Shown here: in pieces, positions 1 through 10,608 of the stretch
Position numbering within the stretch: the first letter of the stretch is position 1
Layout: the number at the start of each line of letters is the position of its first letter
Source: Candidatus Saccharimonadota bacterium
Lineage (GTDB): Bacteria > Patescibacteriota > Saccharimonadia > Saccharimonadales > VXPC01
DNA length: 64,000 nt
NCBI GenBank assembly: GCA_026707815.1
Contig: JAPOWB010000009.1
Span: forward strand, 6,752 to 70,751
Direction of reading: 5' to 3'
The notes under the pieces: generated by a model
Told to the model about the DNA's origin: nothing
Seen by the model: the letters and a program-made list of their open reading frames with translations, nothing else
Database searches by the model: none
Position numbers and translations under genes: made by a program

Positions 1-1600
1 TTATCCAACTACGGAAGGATTGAAAAGTTTCCAGATTCAAAATGCTCTGAAGGAAGTCAAGCTATTGTTAAGCCAAATTGAGGATTATTTTCCCAAGTGG
101 TTGATTAAGCAGGCTTCTTTACCGAGTTTAAGTCAGAGCTTATCTCAGCTACATTTTCCAAACAGCTTGATAGAAACTGAAAAAGCTAAACAGGCTTTGG
201 ATTTTCGAGATTTAATAGCCATGAGTTTGGGTTCGCAATTATTGTCTAAGCAATATCAATATCAGAATGCCCGAAAAATTGATATCAATCACGATTTAAT
301 TAATCAAGTCATATCTAATTTGTCTTTTCAATTAACACAAAGCCAAAATCAGATTGTTGACAATATTTTAATGGAGATGAATCAAGCCGATAAACCCCTG
401 AATCGCCTGATTCAAGGTGATGTGGGTTCTGGTAAAACTATTCTAGCTTTGTTGATTGCCATTAATTTAATCGATCAAGGCTATCAAGTAGCTCTGATGG
501 CTCCAACCCAAATCTTAGCTTTTCAACATCTTCAAACTATTCAAACTCATTTGCCAAAATTTTTACCAAGTAGTCAAGTGGCAGTTTTGACTTCAGGTTT
601 GAAAAAATCTGACCAACAGACACTGCTGGCTAATTTAAAGTCGGGTAATATTAAATTAATTATTGGCACTCACAGTCTTTTGTCCGAGAATGTTAGCTTC
701 AAAAATCTCGGCTTAGTTATTGTTGATGAGCAACATCGTTTTGGAGTCGAACAACGACTAAAACTCTTAAAAAAGACAGATCCCAGCTTGAGCAATATAT
801 TAACTCTAAGTGCAACACCTATACCTCGCTCACTCGCTTTGGTGCTATATGCTGATTTGGATATCAGCTTCTTAACTGAAAAACCTCCCGATAGATTGCC
901 AATTATTACTCATGTCATTAATTTAAGTGATAGAGCTTCCAAATTTAAACAATTAATTAATCAGGCTTCAAATCAAGAACCAATTTATGTTGTCTGTCCA
1001 GCCATCAGTCAATCTTCGGAGGAGGATGCTTTAGAAAAAGTTATCAATTATTTTTTAAAATTAGAATCCAATTTAAATTACATCACACTCCATGGACAGA
1101 TGAAGGTAGAGGCTAAAGAACAGATTATTAATCAGTTTCAAAATCAAAAATATTCAATTTTATTTAGCACTTCTATTATTGAAGCTGGTCTAGATATTGG
1201 TCATGTTAATAAGATTATTATTATGTCGCCTGAAAGATTTGGTTTAGCTCAGCTTCATCAGTTGCGTGGTCGAGTCGGACGATTAAATCAGCAAGGCTAT
1301 TGTTACTTATGCCCCTTAAGCAATCAAGCTCCCTCAGAGCGACTGCAAGCTATTATGCAACATCAAGATGGATTAAAACTGAGTGAATTAGATTTACAAT
1401 TCAGGGGTCCGGGAACTTTGTATGGCATTAAGCAAAGTGGAATTTGTCAGATTTCTCAATCTAGTTTAAGTGATTTACAAATAGTCAACAAAGCTAGTAG
1501 ATTAGCTAGTCTCTTTTTGGAGAAGAAAGAAGATATTGATCAATATCAAATGCTCAAAGATAAGATTAGCGATTATCAGCAAATTACTCATTTAAATTAA
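1..1600 (+). CDS. recG: ATP-dependent DNA helicase RecG, 5' end outside window
   Basis: ORF 20..1600 stays open back to nt 2. SF2 helicase motifs GDVGSGKT (Walker A), VDEQHRFG and QLHQLRGRVGR occur in RecG order. Confidence 0.85.
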   Translation, partial: YPTTEGLKSFQIQNALKEVKLLLSQIEDYFPKWLIKQASLPSLSQSLSQLHFPNSLIETEKAKQALDFRDLIAMSLGSQLLSKQYQYQNARKIDINHDLINQVISNLSFQLTQSQNQIVDNILMEMNQADKPLNRLIQGDVGSGKTILALLIAINLIDQGYQVALMAPTQILAFQHLQTIQTHLPKFLPSSQVAVLTSGLKKSDQQTLLANLKSGNIKLIIGTHSLLSENVSFKNLGLVIVDEQHRFGVEQRLKLLKKTDPSLSNILTLSATPIPRSLALVLYADLDISFLTEKPPDRLPIITHVINLSDRASKFKQLINQASNQEPIYVVCPAISQSSEEDALEKVINYFLKLESNLNYITLHGQMKVEAKEQIINQFQNQKYSILFSTSIIEAGLDIGHVNKIIIMSPERFGLAQLHQLRGRVGRLNQQGYCYLCPLSNQAPSERLQAIMQHQDGLKLSELDLQFRGPGTLYGIKQSGICQISQSSLSDLQIVNKASRLASLFLEKKEDIDQYQMLKDKISDYQQITHLN

Positions 1601-1617
1601 GAATTCATCAGAATGAT

Positions 1618-1646
1618 TTGACAAAAATAAATTTTCAGATTAGCAT
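1618..1646 (+). promoter_or_regulatory. candidate sigma70-type promoter for rpoBC (TTGACA-17-TAGCAT)
   Basis: TTGACA at 1618-1623, a 17-nt spacer, then TAGCAT at 1641-1646. This implies a ~235-nt leader before rpoB. Confidence 0.35.
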
Positions 1647-1887
1647 AAACTCTGCTATGGGGCAGGGTATTTGTCGCTTGGTCTTTGATTTCTTTTGAGA
1701 TCTTGAAAATTCCAAAACGACGGTGGAGTCCTCAGTCAAAAACAAAACTATTCGCAGTGGTGCGAGGAAAGAAATTTTATGAATTAGTAGTCTAAATTTC
1801 AAAGACTGCCGAGGCTGGTTAGGTTGTTTTAACACCTTATTTGCTAGTCCAATTATTATTTTATATAAAGATTAAAGTAATTTAAGT

Positions 1888-4800
1888 ATGCCCTCCCAAA
1901 CTCTTGATGCTCTTAAACAAGTATCCAAGATTGTCAATATTGATAACAATAGAGTTAGTTTCGTTGATTCCAGAGACGAGGCTCTGATTGGTCACTTAAC
2001 CGATCATCAGAATCAATCTTGGCAAGAATTTGCTACAGAAGGTTTATCCAATTTATTCAGCAACTTCAATCCCTTAAAAGTTGAGATTAAAAAGCATGAT
2101 CAAAATTATGATTTGGAGCTAAATTTTAAAAGTCATCGCTTTGAAACTCCGACTATAACTGATAAAGAAGCTTTAATGAATAATGCGACATATGAATCAA
2201 CTTTGAAGGTCAATATTGAATTAATTAATAAGACTTTGGGCACTAAAAAAGTCCAAGAAATTTATTTTGGGGAATACCCTTGGATGACTGATAGGGGAAC
2301 TTTCATCATTAATGGCAAGGAAAGAGTTATTATTACTCAGATTATTAGAAGTTCGGGAGTCTTTTTTGAAGAGGTCGGAGTTAGCTTTGATCAACAAGCC
2401 GAAGAAATTACCCAACAAGTAGTCTTTGCTGCCAAGATCATTCCAGCCCCTGATCGAGGAACATGGCTTCGAATTGAAACTTCACCCAAAGACAATGTTA
2501 TCTACATTGTCATCAATCACAAATTTAAAACTCCAGTCACTAATTTTCTTCAAGCCATTGGCATGACTATTGATGAGATATATCGAGCTTTTGCCAATGT
2601 TGATACTGGTTCTGTTAAGTATATTTCTGAAACTTTCAAGCACAAGAATAGCATGCATGATTACAATAATGCTTTGATTGAAATTTACCGTTACATCAGA
2701 CCTGGGGATATTGCCAATTTAGAAAATGCCAAAGAAGCTTTGGAGAATAAGTTTTTTAATCAGCGTTATTATGATTTATCTAAAGTTGGGCGCTACAAAA
2801 TAAATCAACGTCTCGGATTAAAAACCCCCAATACCCCGACTAATCACGTTTTAAAGAAATCAGATTTCATCGCCATTATTTCAGAAGTTATTCGCATGAA
2901 TAACACGCCCGGATCCATTAATGATGATATTGATAATTTGGGTAATCGACGTCTAAGATTGGTCGGAGAATTAATCCAAAAACCTTTTCGGACTGGATTG
3001 GTCAGGCTGGAAAAAAATATCCGAGAACGAATGCTCAGACTAGATATTGACAGCATGACTCCTCAGCAATTAATTAATTCTCGACCAGTGGTAGCTGTCG
3101 TTAAAACATTTTTTGCCACTAATCAATTATCCCAATATATGGATCAAGCCAATCCTTTGTCAGAATTAGCAACTAAAAGACGGTTAAGTGCCATGGGTCA
3201 AGGAGGCTTGACTCGTGATTATGCCAAGTTTACTGTTCGAGATGCTCATCCGACTCATTATGGTCGAATTTGTCCAGTCGAAACTCCGGAGGGAGCCAAT
3301 ATAGGTCTAGTCATGTATATGGCACTTTATAGCCGAATCAATGAATATGGTTTTTTGGAAACTCCTTATTATCAAGTTTTAAATAAAGCTTTAGCTCAAG
3401 ATATGACTGGTCAAATTGCTGGGGCTGATTTAACTGATTTATCGGGCAAAGTTATTGTTGCTTCAGGTAACGTTGTAAGCCAAGCCCAGGCCCAAGCTTT
3501 GGCCAAGGTTGATCCTGATAAATATTGGCCAGTTAAACCTCGAGTTTTAAAAGATAAGATTGTTTATCTTGATGCCAATCAAGAAAATGCAGTTCTTTTA
3601 CTTAATGCTTCAGCTCAAACTGATGAGGATGGCTATTTCATTAACCCAGTCGAAGCAGGTAGATTAAACAATGTTGCCAATTATTACAATACTTCTGATG
3701 CTGAATACATGGACTTGTCAGCTCGGCAAATTTTAGGTTCTTCAGCTGGTTTAATTCCTTTTGTTGAAAAAGATAATTTAGTTCGCTCCCTAACCGGAGC
3801 TAATCAGACCCGTCAAGCTGTGCCTCTGATTCAGCCGAAACCTCCAGTAGTTGGCACGGGTTTAGAGAAAATTGTCACCAAGTACACCAATCAATTGGTG
3901 AGTGCTGAAGCTCCTGGCGAAGTTATTAAAGCTACTGCCGATGAAGTTGTGGTCAAATATGACAAAGTTAAGAAAACTTATCCAGTGACTCATTTTGAAA
4001 GAAGTAACAATGATACAGCCATCAACCAACATGTGGTTGTTTGTCGAGGTCAGAAGGTTGAAAAAGGTCAAGCCTTAATTGAAGGTATGTCAGTAGCTGA
4101 TGGAGAATTAGCCTTAGGTCGGGATGTTTTAGTAGCTTTAGCTTTTTGGGGTGGAGATAATTTTGAAGATGCTATTGTTATTTCTGAACGTTTAGTCCAA
4201 GAAGACGTTTTAACCAATATTAAGATTACTGAATACACAACTGAAGTCAGAGAAACTAAGCTTGGACCCGAAGTAACAACCCTAGATATACCCAATGTTT
4301 CTGAAGAGGCTCTGCGTAATTTAGATGAGACCGGCATCATTAGAGTTGGTGCTCGAGTCAAAGAAGGAGATATTTTAGTTGGTAAAATTACTCCCAAGGG
4401 AGAGCAAGAATTATCTTCGGAGGAAAGACTCCTAAGAGCTATTTTTGGCGAAAAAGCCAAAGATGTTAGAGATACTTCTCTTAAATTACCCAACGGTAAG
4501 ACTGGCAAAATTGTTGGAGTTAATGTTTTTTCTAGAGATCAAGGTCATGACCTCAAAGCCGGCATCTTAATGCAAGTTCAGGTTTTCGTGGCTCAGACTC
4601 GCAAGATTCAAGTTGGTGACAAATTAGCTGGTCGTCATGGCAATAAAGGGGTGATTGCTAAGGTTTTACCTGCTGAAGATATGCCTTTTACTGAAGAGGG
4701 TCAGCCAGTTGATCTAATCCTCAATCCCTTAGGAGTACCCAAGAGATTAAATGTCGGTCAGTTATTTGAAGCTACTTTGGGTATTGCTGCTCACAGGCTA

Positions 4801-5523
4801 AATTTTAAGATTGCTAGTCCAACTCTGCAGAGCGTAACTCATACTCAAATTACAGATTTATTGAAGTTGGCTGATTTACCCCAAGATGGTAAACAACAAC
4901 TTTATGATGGTCGAACTGGCAAGGCTTTTAAAGAGCGAACTATGATTGGCTATATGTACATTTATAAATTAACCCATATGGTTGAAGATAAAATCAATGC
5001 TAGAAGCACTGGACCTTACATGATGATTACTCAACAACCCTTAAGAGGTAAATCTCAAAATGGTGGTCAAAGATTGGGTGAAATGGAGGTTTGGGTCTTA
5101 GCTTCTTATGGAGCCACTCGAAGTCTCCAAGAAATGTTAACCTTGAAGTCTGATGATATGCATGGACGTTTGAAGGTTTATGAGTCAATTGTCAAACAGC
5201 TAGATATTGTCGATTCTCGAATTCCGGAAAGCTTCAATGTCTTAGTTAAAGAATTACAAGGTTTAGGCTTGAAGATTGACTTGATAGATAAACATAATAA
5301 ATCAATCAATGCCGAAGAGGTTATTGCTAGCAATTTGCATGGCACAGAAGCTAATGCTTCATCTGTTACTTTAGCTGATTTAGATGCTTCAGAAGAATTG
5401 GAAGAAGACCTTGATGCTGAAAATGAAGAGATTATGAATGATGAAGAACTCCAAGCTTTATTACATAATAATCCTGTCGAAGTACCATCAACAGAGGAGG
5501 TAGAGACTGATGACTTATCCTAA
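1888..5523 (+). CDS. rpoB: DNA-directed RNA polymerase subunit beta
   Basis: 1211 aa with conserved beta-subunit blocks (GRHGNKGV, GEMEVWVLASYGA). Followed by rpoC. Confidence 0.97.
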   Translation: MPSQTLDALKQVSKIVNIDNNRVSFVDSRDEALIGHLTDHQNQSWQEFATEGLSNLFSNFNPLKVEIKKHDQNYDLELNFKSHRFETPTITDKEALMNNATYESTLKVNIELINKTLGTKKVQEIYFGEYPWMTDRGTFIINGKERVIITQIIRSSGVFFEEVGVSFDQQAEEITQQVVFAAKIIPAPDRGTWLRIETSPKDNVIYIVINHKFKTPVTNFLQAIGMTIDEIYRAFANVDTGSVKYISETFKHKNSMHDYNNALIEIYRYIRPGDIANLENAKEALENKFFNQRYYDLSKVGRYKINQRLGLKTPNTPTNHVLKKSDFIAIISEVIRMNNTPGSINDDIDNLGNRRLRLVGELIQKPFRTGLVRLEKNIRERMLRLDIDSMTPQQLINSRPVVAVVKTFFATNQLSQYMDQANPLSELATKRRLSAMGQGGLTRDYAKFTVRDAHPTHYGRICPVETPEGANIGLVMYMALYSRINEYGFLETPYYQVLNKALAQDMTGQIAGADLTDLSGKVIVASGNVVSQAQAQALAKVDPDKYWPVKPRVLKDKIVYLDANQENAVLLLNASAQTDEDGYFINPVEAGRLNNVANYYNTSDAEYMDLSARQILGSSAGLIPFVEKDNLVRSLTGANQTRQAVPLIQPKPPVVGTGLEKIVTKYTNQLVSAEAPGEVIKATADEVVVKYDKVKKTYPVTHFERSNNDTAINQHVVVCRGQKVEKGQALIEGMSVADGELALGRDVLVALAFWGGDNFEDAIVISERLVQEDVLTNIKITEYTTEVRETKLGPEVTTLDIPNVSEEALRNLDETGIIRVGARVKEGDILVGKITPKGEQELSSEERLLRAIFGEKAKDVRDTSLKLPNGKTGKIVGVNVFSRDQGHDLKAGILMQVQVFVAQTRKIQVGDKLAGRHGNKGVIAKVLPAEDMPFTEEGQPVDLILNPLGVPKRLNVGQLFEATLGIAAHRLNFKIASPTLQSVTHTQITDLLKLADLPQDGKQQLYDGRTGKAFKERTMIGYMYIYKLTHMVEDKINARSTGPYMMITQQPLRGKSQNGGQRLGEMEVWVLASYGATRSLQEMLTLKSDDMHGRLKVYESIVKQLDIVDSRIPESFNVLVKELQGLGLKIDLIDKHNKSINAEEVIASNLHGTEANASSVTLADLDASEELEEDLDAENEEIMNDEELQALLHNNPVEVPSTEEVETDDLS

Positions 5524-8500
5524 TTCATTGAGTAGCCTAGATTTTTCTGATTTCAACTCTTTGAGATTAAGTGTCGCCTCCAAAGATGATATGTTGGCTT
5601 GGTCTTATGGCGAGGTTATCAAGTCTGAAACTATTAATTACCGGACTCAGAAACCGGAAAAAGATGGTCTTTTTTGCGAGAGAATTTTTGGTCCAGTCAA
5701 AGATATAAATCCCCATGATACCCGCTACAAAGGGGCGAGAAGTCGTAATATGGCTGTTGATAAAAAAGGGGCAATTGTCACGAAAGCCATTGTTCGTCGA
5801 GAGAGAATGGGGCATATTAGCTTGGCAGCTCCCGTTGTTCATATTCTCTTTTTAAGAGTCGCTCCTAGTCCTCTCAGTGCTATTACTGGCATGACAGTTA
5901 AGGCTTTGGAGAAAGTTATTTATTTTGCTTCATATATTATCTTAGATGTCGATGATAAAACCAAATCCCAGCTGGGAACTTCCCTGACTGATACCTATAA
6001 AGATTGGCATAAATTATTCAAGGAGCAATCCCAAGCAATTTCAATTGACACAATTTTGGACTATTTTATGAAATTAAAATCAGATGAAGATTTTAAAAGC
6101 TATAAGTTTGATTTTTTCAAACTCCTGCCAGCCTTAAATACTTCATATGCCTCTCAACCTAAATTAATTGTTAATCTCGAAAAACACGAGTTAATAGATC
6201 ATCAACGCCGAGAAATTATTAATCAAAAATTTGGTGAAGTTTGGAATTTCTTCCAAGTTAATTCTCATTTGAAAACCACTAAATCTTTGATTAAAATCTA
6301 TCAAGATTTCTTAGCAAGCAAAGAAGATAAATCCAAGGCTTCAGAACTCGATTTGACAACTGAGCTTAAGGCTGATTTTCGAAAACTGACCCGATTACTA
6401 GATGGCTTATCAGAAAGCTTAGAATTTTCCGATGAGCAGATGAGTGATATTTATCAATTGCGATTAAAACAATTAAAAAATGATCTAGTGATCAATGAGT
6501 TAATTATTGAAACTGATTATCGTAATCTGCCTCTGGATTACCAAAAGATTGTCAGAGTAGCTATGGGTGGTGAAGCTCTCCAAGAAATTTTGAAAAGCAC
6601 TAATCTAGATAAGCTGATTAAAGATCTAAATCGAGAAGTCGACCAAACAAAGGGGCAAAAACGCCAAATGCTTTTAAAGAGATTGAAAGTTTTAGAAGGC
6701 ATGCAAAATGGCAAGATTAATGTTGAGGATTTTTGCTTAACAGTTGTGCCCGTCATTCCACCAAATTTGAGGCCAATTATTCAACTTTCAGGTGGTCGAT
6801 TTGTTGTCAGCGATCTTAATGATTTATATCGCATTGTTATCAATCGCAATAATCGATTGAAAGATATGCAACAAAAAAAGGCTCCCGAGATTATTTGTCG
6901 CAATGAGAAAAGAATGCTTCAAGAAGCTGTTGATGCTCTGATAGATAATACTCAGCAACGAGGTTCTCGAATTGCCACGACTGGCTCCCAACAAAGAAAG
7001 CTTAAAAGTTTAGCTGATAATTTAAAGCGTAAACAAGGACGTTTAAGACAGAATTTGCTTGGTAAAACTGTTGATTATTCTGGGCGATCAGTGATTGTTT
7101 CTGGTCCTCAGCTTAATATTTTGGAATGTGGGTTACCTAAAGTTATGGCTTTAGAGCTTTTTAAGCCTTTTGTAATCGGTTATCTGATCAATAATGACTA
7201 TGCCAATAATCCTCCTTCTGCCAAACGCTTAATTGAGCTAGGTGATGATGCTGTCTGGGACGCCTTGGATCAGGTCATTAAAGGCAAATATGTTTTATTG
7301 AATCGAGCTCCTAGTCTGCACAGATTAAGCATCCAAGCTTTTAAGCCGAAATTAATCGAAGGTAAAGCTATTCAACTCCATCCTTTAGTTTGCAAAGGTT
7401 TTAATGCTGATTTTGATGGAGATACCATGGCAGTTCACTTACCTTTATCCAGAGAAGCTCAAAAAGAAGCTGCCAGCTTAATGATTGCTCCCAATAATTT
7501 ACTTCATCCGGCTAATGGGACTCCAATTTTATATCTTGACCAAGATATTATTATGGGGCTTTATTATTTAACTTACCTGCCAGCAGATGCCTCAGATCAA
7601 GTTAAATTTAGATTCAATTCAGTTGATGAAGCTGTTATGGCTTATGAGCAGGATTTGATCAAGCTTCAAACTTGGGTCGAAATTAAATTCAGAAACCAGC
7701 GTCATCAGACAACTCTTGGTCGAGTCTTATTTAATGAGATTTTGCCAGAAGATTTTCAATTTCAAAATCTAACTTTAGGTAAAAAACCAATTAAAGAAGT
7801 CATGTCAAAAATCTATGATGCTTATGACAATAAATTGGTGGCTCAAATTGCCAATGAGATGAAGAACCTAGCTTTTGAGTATGCTACTCAGAGTGGCTAC
7901 AGTGTCGGCATGGGGGATTTTACGCCGATCACTGATTATAAGCATTTGCAACAACAAGGTATTGCTAAAGTTATGCAAATTAACCAGCAACATCAATTAG
8001 GTTATATTACTGATTCGGAAAAATATCGTTTGATTACTCAAAATTGGTTTGACATTGATCAAGAAATCGAACAAATTGCTCGTAAACAATTTATTAGTCA
8101 CAAGGACAGCGCTTTGATGATGATTGTTGATTCAGAGGCTCGTGGGGGTGTTAATATTCGTCAAATTAAACAGTTAATGGTCTCTGTTGGGGTTACCAAT
8201 GATGCCAGTGGTCAACCTCTAGAATTATCAATTAATAGCAATTATTTTGATGGTCTGCCGACTTTGGAATATTTCATTTCAACTCGTGGTTCTCGTAAAT
8301 CCTTAATTGATGTCGCTTTGTCGACAGCTGATTCTGGCTATTTGTCTCGTCGATTAGTTTATGTGGCTCAAGACGTGATTACTGTTGATGATGATCCTCA
8401 ATTAGTCGATCCGGGTTTTGAAATTTTTAGATCCGATTGTCAAGAAATTGATGCCAGCTTCGGACAGCGTCTAGTTCATCGTTATTCAGCCGAAGATTTG

Positions 8501-9664
8501 CAGATTAATGATGATTTACAAATAAAAATTGGTCAATTAATCACTAAGCAGATTGCCCAAACTATCGAGGATAGTGATATCAGTAGCTTCAAAATAATGA
8601 GTTCTCTATCATGTCCCCAGGTTAAGAATGTACCCATTAAAAGCTATGGCATTGACTTAGCTAACGGTTTGCCAGTTAAAACTAATCAAGCTATCGGCAT
8701 TGTAGCCGCTCAAAGCATCGGTGAGCCTTCGACACAGCTGAAATTAGATTCCAAACATGGTGGGGGCATAGCTACCACCCATAAACGCCTAGTCCATATT
8801 GGTTTGAATCGGATTGATGAATTGTTTGAAGCTCGACCACCTAAGGGGGAGGCTTTCTTAGCCCCCTTTAAAGGGCAAATCAGTATTACTAAATTAAATT
8901 ATGATTATGATGTTCAATTAAAAGCCGATACCAGTCAAGCCTTAGACATTAAACTCGACCAAGCTAAACCACTCGTTAAAGCTGATCAAGTGGTCAAACA
9001 GGGAGATATCTTAGCTCTTAAATCCAGCTATGAAGTTATTTTGTCACCTTGTGACGGCATGATTGAAAGCCTAGATTCTCAAGCTATCAAGATTAAATTA
9101 TTTAAGCCTCTCAGTGTTAAATTTAGTATTCCTATTAGTCAATATTTGTTTGTTAAGGATCAAGAAGTTATCGAAGCTGGAACTCAAATCAATGAAGGTT
9201 CAGTCAGATTGCAAGAAATTTTAGATCATCGAAGCATTATTGATGCTCAGCGCTATTTAATCATTGAAATCTTAAAGGTCTTTGCCGAAGAAGGACAAAA
9301 TATTGCTGAAAAACATCTAGAAGTGATTATTCGTCAGATGTTTAGGCTTGTTCAAGTCATTGATCCAGGTAATAGTCAATTTAGAGAAGGGGATGTCATT
9401 TCAGTTATGTCTTTGGCTGAAGAAAACAATAGATTGATTAAAGCTTCTAAAAATCCGATTCTTTGGAAACAATTAGTAGCTGGGGTAACTAAAGTTATTT
9501 CTTCAGCTGATGGTTTTTTGGTCTCAGCCGGTCATCAAGATACAATCAGAACTTTAATTAATGCAGCCGTTCAATCTCAGGTAGATACCATCGATGGTGT
9601 TATAGAGAATATTATTCTCGGTCGGAGAATTCCAGTCAGTAGTGATGGTCGAGTAATTGACTAA
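5510..9664 (+). CDS. rpoC: DNA-directed RNA polymerase subunit beta'
   Basis: 1384 aa with the catalytic NADFDGD motif. The start overlaps the rpoB stop by 14 nt. Confidence 0.97.
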   Translation: MTYPNSLSSLDFSDFNSLRLSVASKDDMLAWSYGEVIKSETINYRTQKPEKDGLFCERIFGPVKDINPHDTRYKGARSRNMAVDKKGAIVTKAIVRRERMGHISLAAPVVHILFLRVAPSPLSAITGMTVKALEKVIYFASYIILDVDDKTKSQLGTSLTDTYKDWHKLFKEQSQAISIDTILDYFMKLKSDEDFKSYKFDFFKLLPALNTSYASQPKLIVNLEKHELIDHQRREIINQKFGEVWNFFQVNSHLKTTKSLIKIYQDFLASKEDKSKASELDLTTELKADFRKLTRLLDGLSESLEFSDEQMSDIYQLRLKQLKNDLVINELIIETDYRNLPLDYQKIVRVAMGGEALQEILKSTNLDKLIKDLNREVDQTKGQKRQMLLKRLKVLEGMQNGKINVEDFCLTVVPVIPPNLRPIIQLSGGRFVVSDLNDLYRIVINRNNRLKDMQQKKAPEIICRNEKRMLQEAVDALIDNTQQRGSRIATTGSQQRKLKSLADNLKRKQGRLRQNLLGKTVDYSGRSVIVSGPQLNILECGLPKVMALELFKPFVIGYLINNDYANNPPSAKRLIELGDDAVWDALDQVIKGKYVLLNRAPSLHRLSIQAFKPKLIEGKAIQLHPLVCKGFNADFDGDTMAVHLPLSREAQKEAASLMIAPNNLLHPANGTPILYLDQDIIMGLYYLTYLPADASDQVKFRFNSVDEAVMAYEQDLIKLQTWVEIKFRNQRHQTTLGRVLFNEILPEDFQFQNLTLGKKPIKEVMSKIYDAYDNKLVAQIANEMKNLAFEYATQSGYSVGMGDFTPITDYKHLQQQGIAKVMQINQQHQLGYITDSEKYRLITQNWFDIDQEIEQIARKQFISHKDSALMMIVDSEARGGVNIRQIKQLMVSVGVTNDASGQPLELSINSNYFDGLPTLEYFISTRGSRKSLIDVALSTADSGYLSRRLVYVAQDVITVDDDPQLVDPGFEIFRSDCQEIDASFGQRLVHRYSAEDLQINDDLQIKIGQLITKQIAQTIEDSDISSFKIMSSLSCPQVKNVPIKSYGIDLANGLPVKTNQAIGIVAAQSIGEPSTQLKLDSKHGGGIATTHKRLVHIGLNRIDELFEARPPKGEAFLAPFKGQISITKLNYDYDVQLKADTSQALDIKLDQAKPLVKADQVVKQGDILALKSSYEVILSPCDGMIESLDSQAIKIKLFKPLSVKFSIPISQYLFVKDQEVIEAGTQINEGSVRLQEILDHRSIIDAQRYLIIEILKVFAEEGQNIAEKHLEVIIRQMFRLVQVIDPGNSQFREGDVISVMSLAEENNRLIKASKNPILWKQLVAGVTKVISSADGFLVSAGHQDTIRTLINAAVQSQVDTIDGVIENIILGRRIPVSSDGRVID

Positions 9665-9697
9665 ATTTTTAAATGTTTTTAGAATAGAAGAGTTCTC

Positions 9698-10105
9698 ATG
9701 CCAACTATTAATCAATTAATTAGAAAAGGAAGACGAAAAAAGACTAAAAAAAGTAAGTCTCCCGCTTTGGGTTTGATGGCTAATAACCTCAAAGGTAAAA
9801 ACTATTCTCAAGCTGCTCCGTTTAAGAGGGGAGTTTGTATTCGTGTCACTACTAAGACTCCCAAAAAACCCAATTCAGCTTTGCGCAAAGTCGCCCGTGT
9901 TCGATTGACTAATGGTCAAGAAGTCTGGGCATATATTCCAGGTATTGGCCACAATCTTCAAGAACATGCTGTAGTTTTAGTTCGAGGCGGACGAGTACCT
10001 GATGTTCCAGGAGTTCGCTACCATATTGTTCGAGGGCATTTAGATCTCCAAGGTGTCGAAGGCAAAAAACAGAGTCGCTCTAAATATGGAGCTAAAAAAG
10101 ATTAA
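9698..10105 (+). CDS. rpsL: 30S ribosomal protein S12
   Basis: [12 protein letters not shown]... and [11 protein letters not shown] motifs. First gene of the str-operon order. Confidence 0.97.
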   Translation: MPTINQLIRKGRRKKTKKSKSPALGLMANNLKGKNYSQAAPFKRGVCIRVTTKTPKKPNSALRKVARVRLTNGQEVWAYIPGIGHNLQEHAVVLVRGGRVPDVPGVRYHIVRGHLDLQGVEGKKQSRSKYGAKKD

Positions 10106-10110
10106 GGATT

Positions 10111-10587
10111 ATGCCTCGTAAAATTACCAAAGATTTAAGTCGGCAGATTCCCCCTGATCGAATCTATGATTCAGTCTTAGTTCAAAGACTGATCAATAAA
10201 GTTATGAGAAACGGTAAAAAACAGCAAGCTGAACGGCTAGTTTATAAGGCTATGGAGATGGCTGCTAAACGTTTAAAGGAAAAAGACCCTCTGGAAGTTT
10301 TGCTAACAGCCTTAGATAATATTAAGCCTGAGATGGAAACTCGTTCAAAGCGAGTCGGTGGAGCTAATTACCAAGTTCCTTTAGAAGTTAAACCTCAGCG
10401 CCAAGCTCATCTAACTTTAATGTGGTTTATACAGGCTGTTCGTCAGCGCAAAGGTATGGCAAGTGATGAAAAAATATGTTTAGAAATCATTGATGCTTTC
10501 AATCAAACGGGCGTGGCTTTCAAGCACAAAGAAGATGTCCAAAAAATGGCCGAAGCTAATCGAGCTTGGGCTCATTTGAATCGATAG
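10111..10587 (+). CDS. rpsG: 30S ribosomal protein S7
   Basis: 158 aa, S7-typical sequence, located between rpsL and fusA. Confidence 0.96.
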   Translation: MPRKITKDLSRQIPPDRIYDSVLVQRLINKVMRNGKKQQAERLVYKAMEMAAKRLKEKDPLEVLLTALDNIKPEMETRSKRVGGANYQVPLEVKPQRQAHLTLMWFIQAVRQRKGMASDEKICLEIIDAFNQTGVAFKHKEDVQKMAEANRAWAHLNR

Positions 10588-10608
10588 TTTTTAAAAGAAA
10601 AAAATAAA

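Noticed and set aside
1635-1835. 66-aa minus-strand ORF in the recG-rpoB spacer.
   Set aside because: It has no recognisable motif and an odd composition, and it lies inside the probable rpoB leader. It is most likely non-coding.
5510-5523. Considered whether the 14-nt rpoB/rpoC overlap is a frameshift or fusion signal.
   Set aside because: Both genes have normal termini (ATG start, TAA stop) and normal lengths. The overlap is simple translational coupling.
2221-9664. Antisense ORFs inside rpoB and rpoC (2221-2418, 2844-3056, 3862-4071, 4068-4508, 5567-5842, 6538-6756).
   Set aside because: They lie entirely within strongly supported polymerase genes and have low-complexity or odd composition, so they are antisense shadows. 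The same applies to the antisense ORFs in fusA, tuf, rpsC, rpoA, trpS, rplA, rplL, nusG and the nuclease gene.
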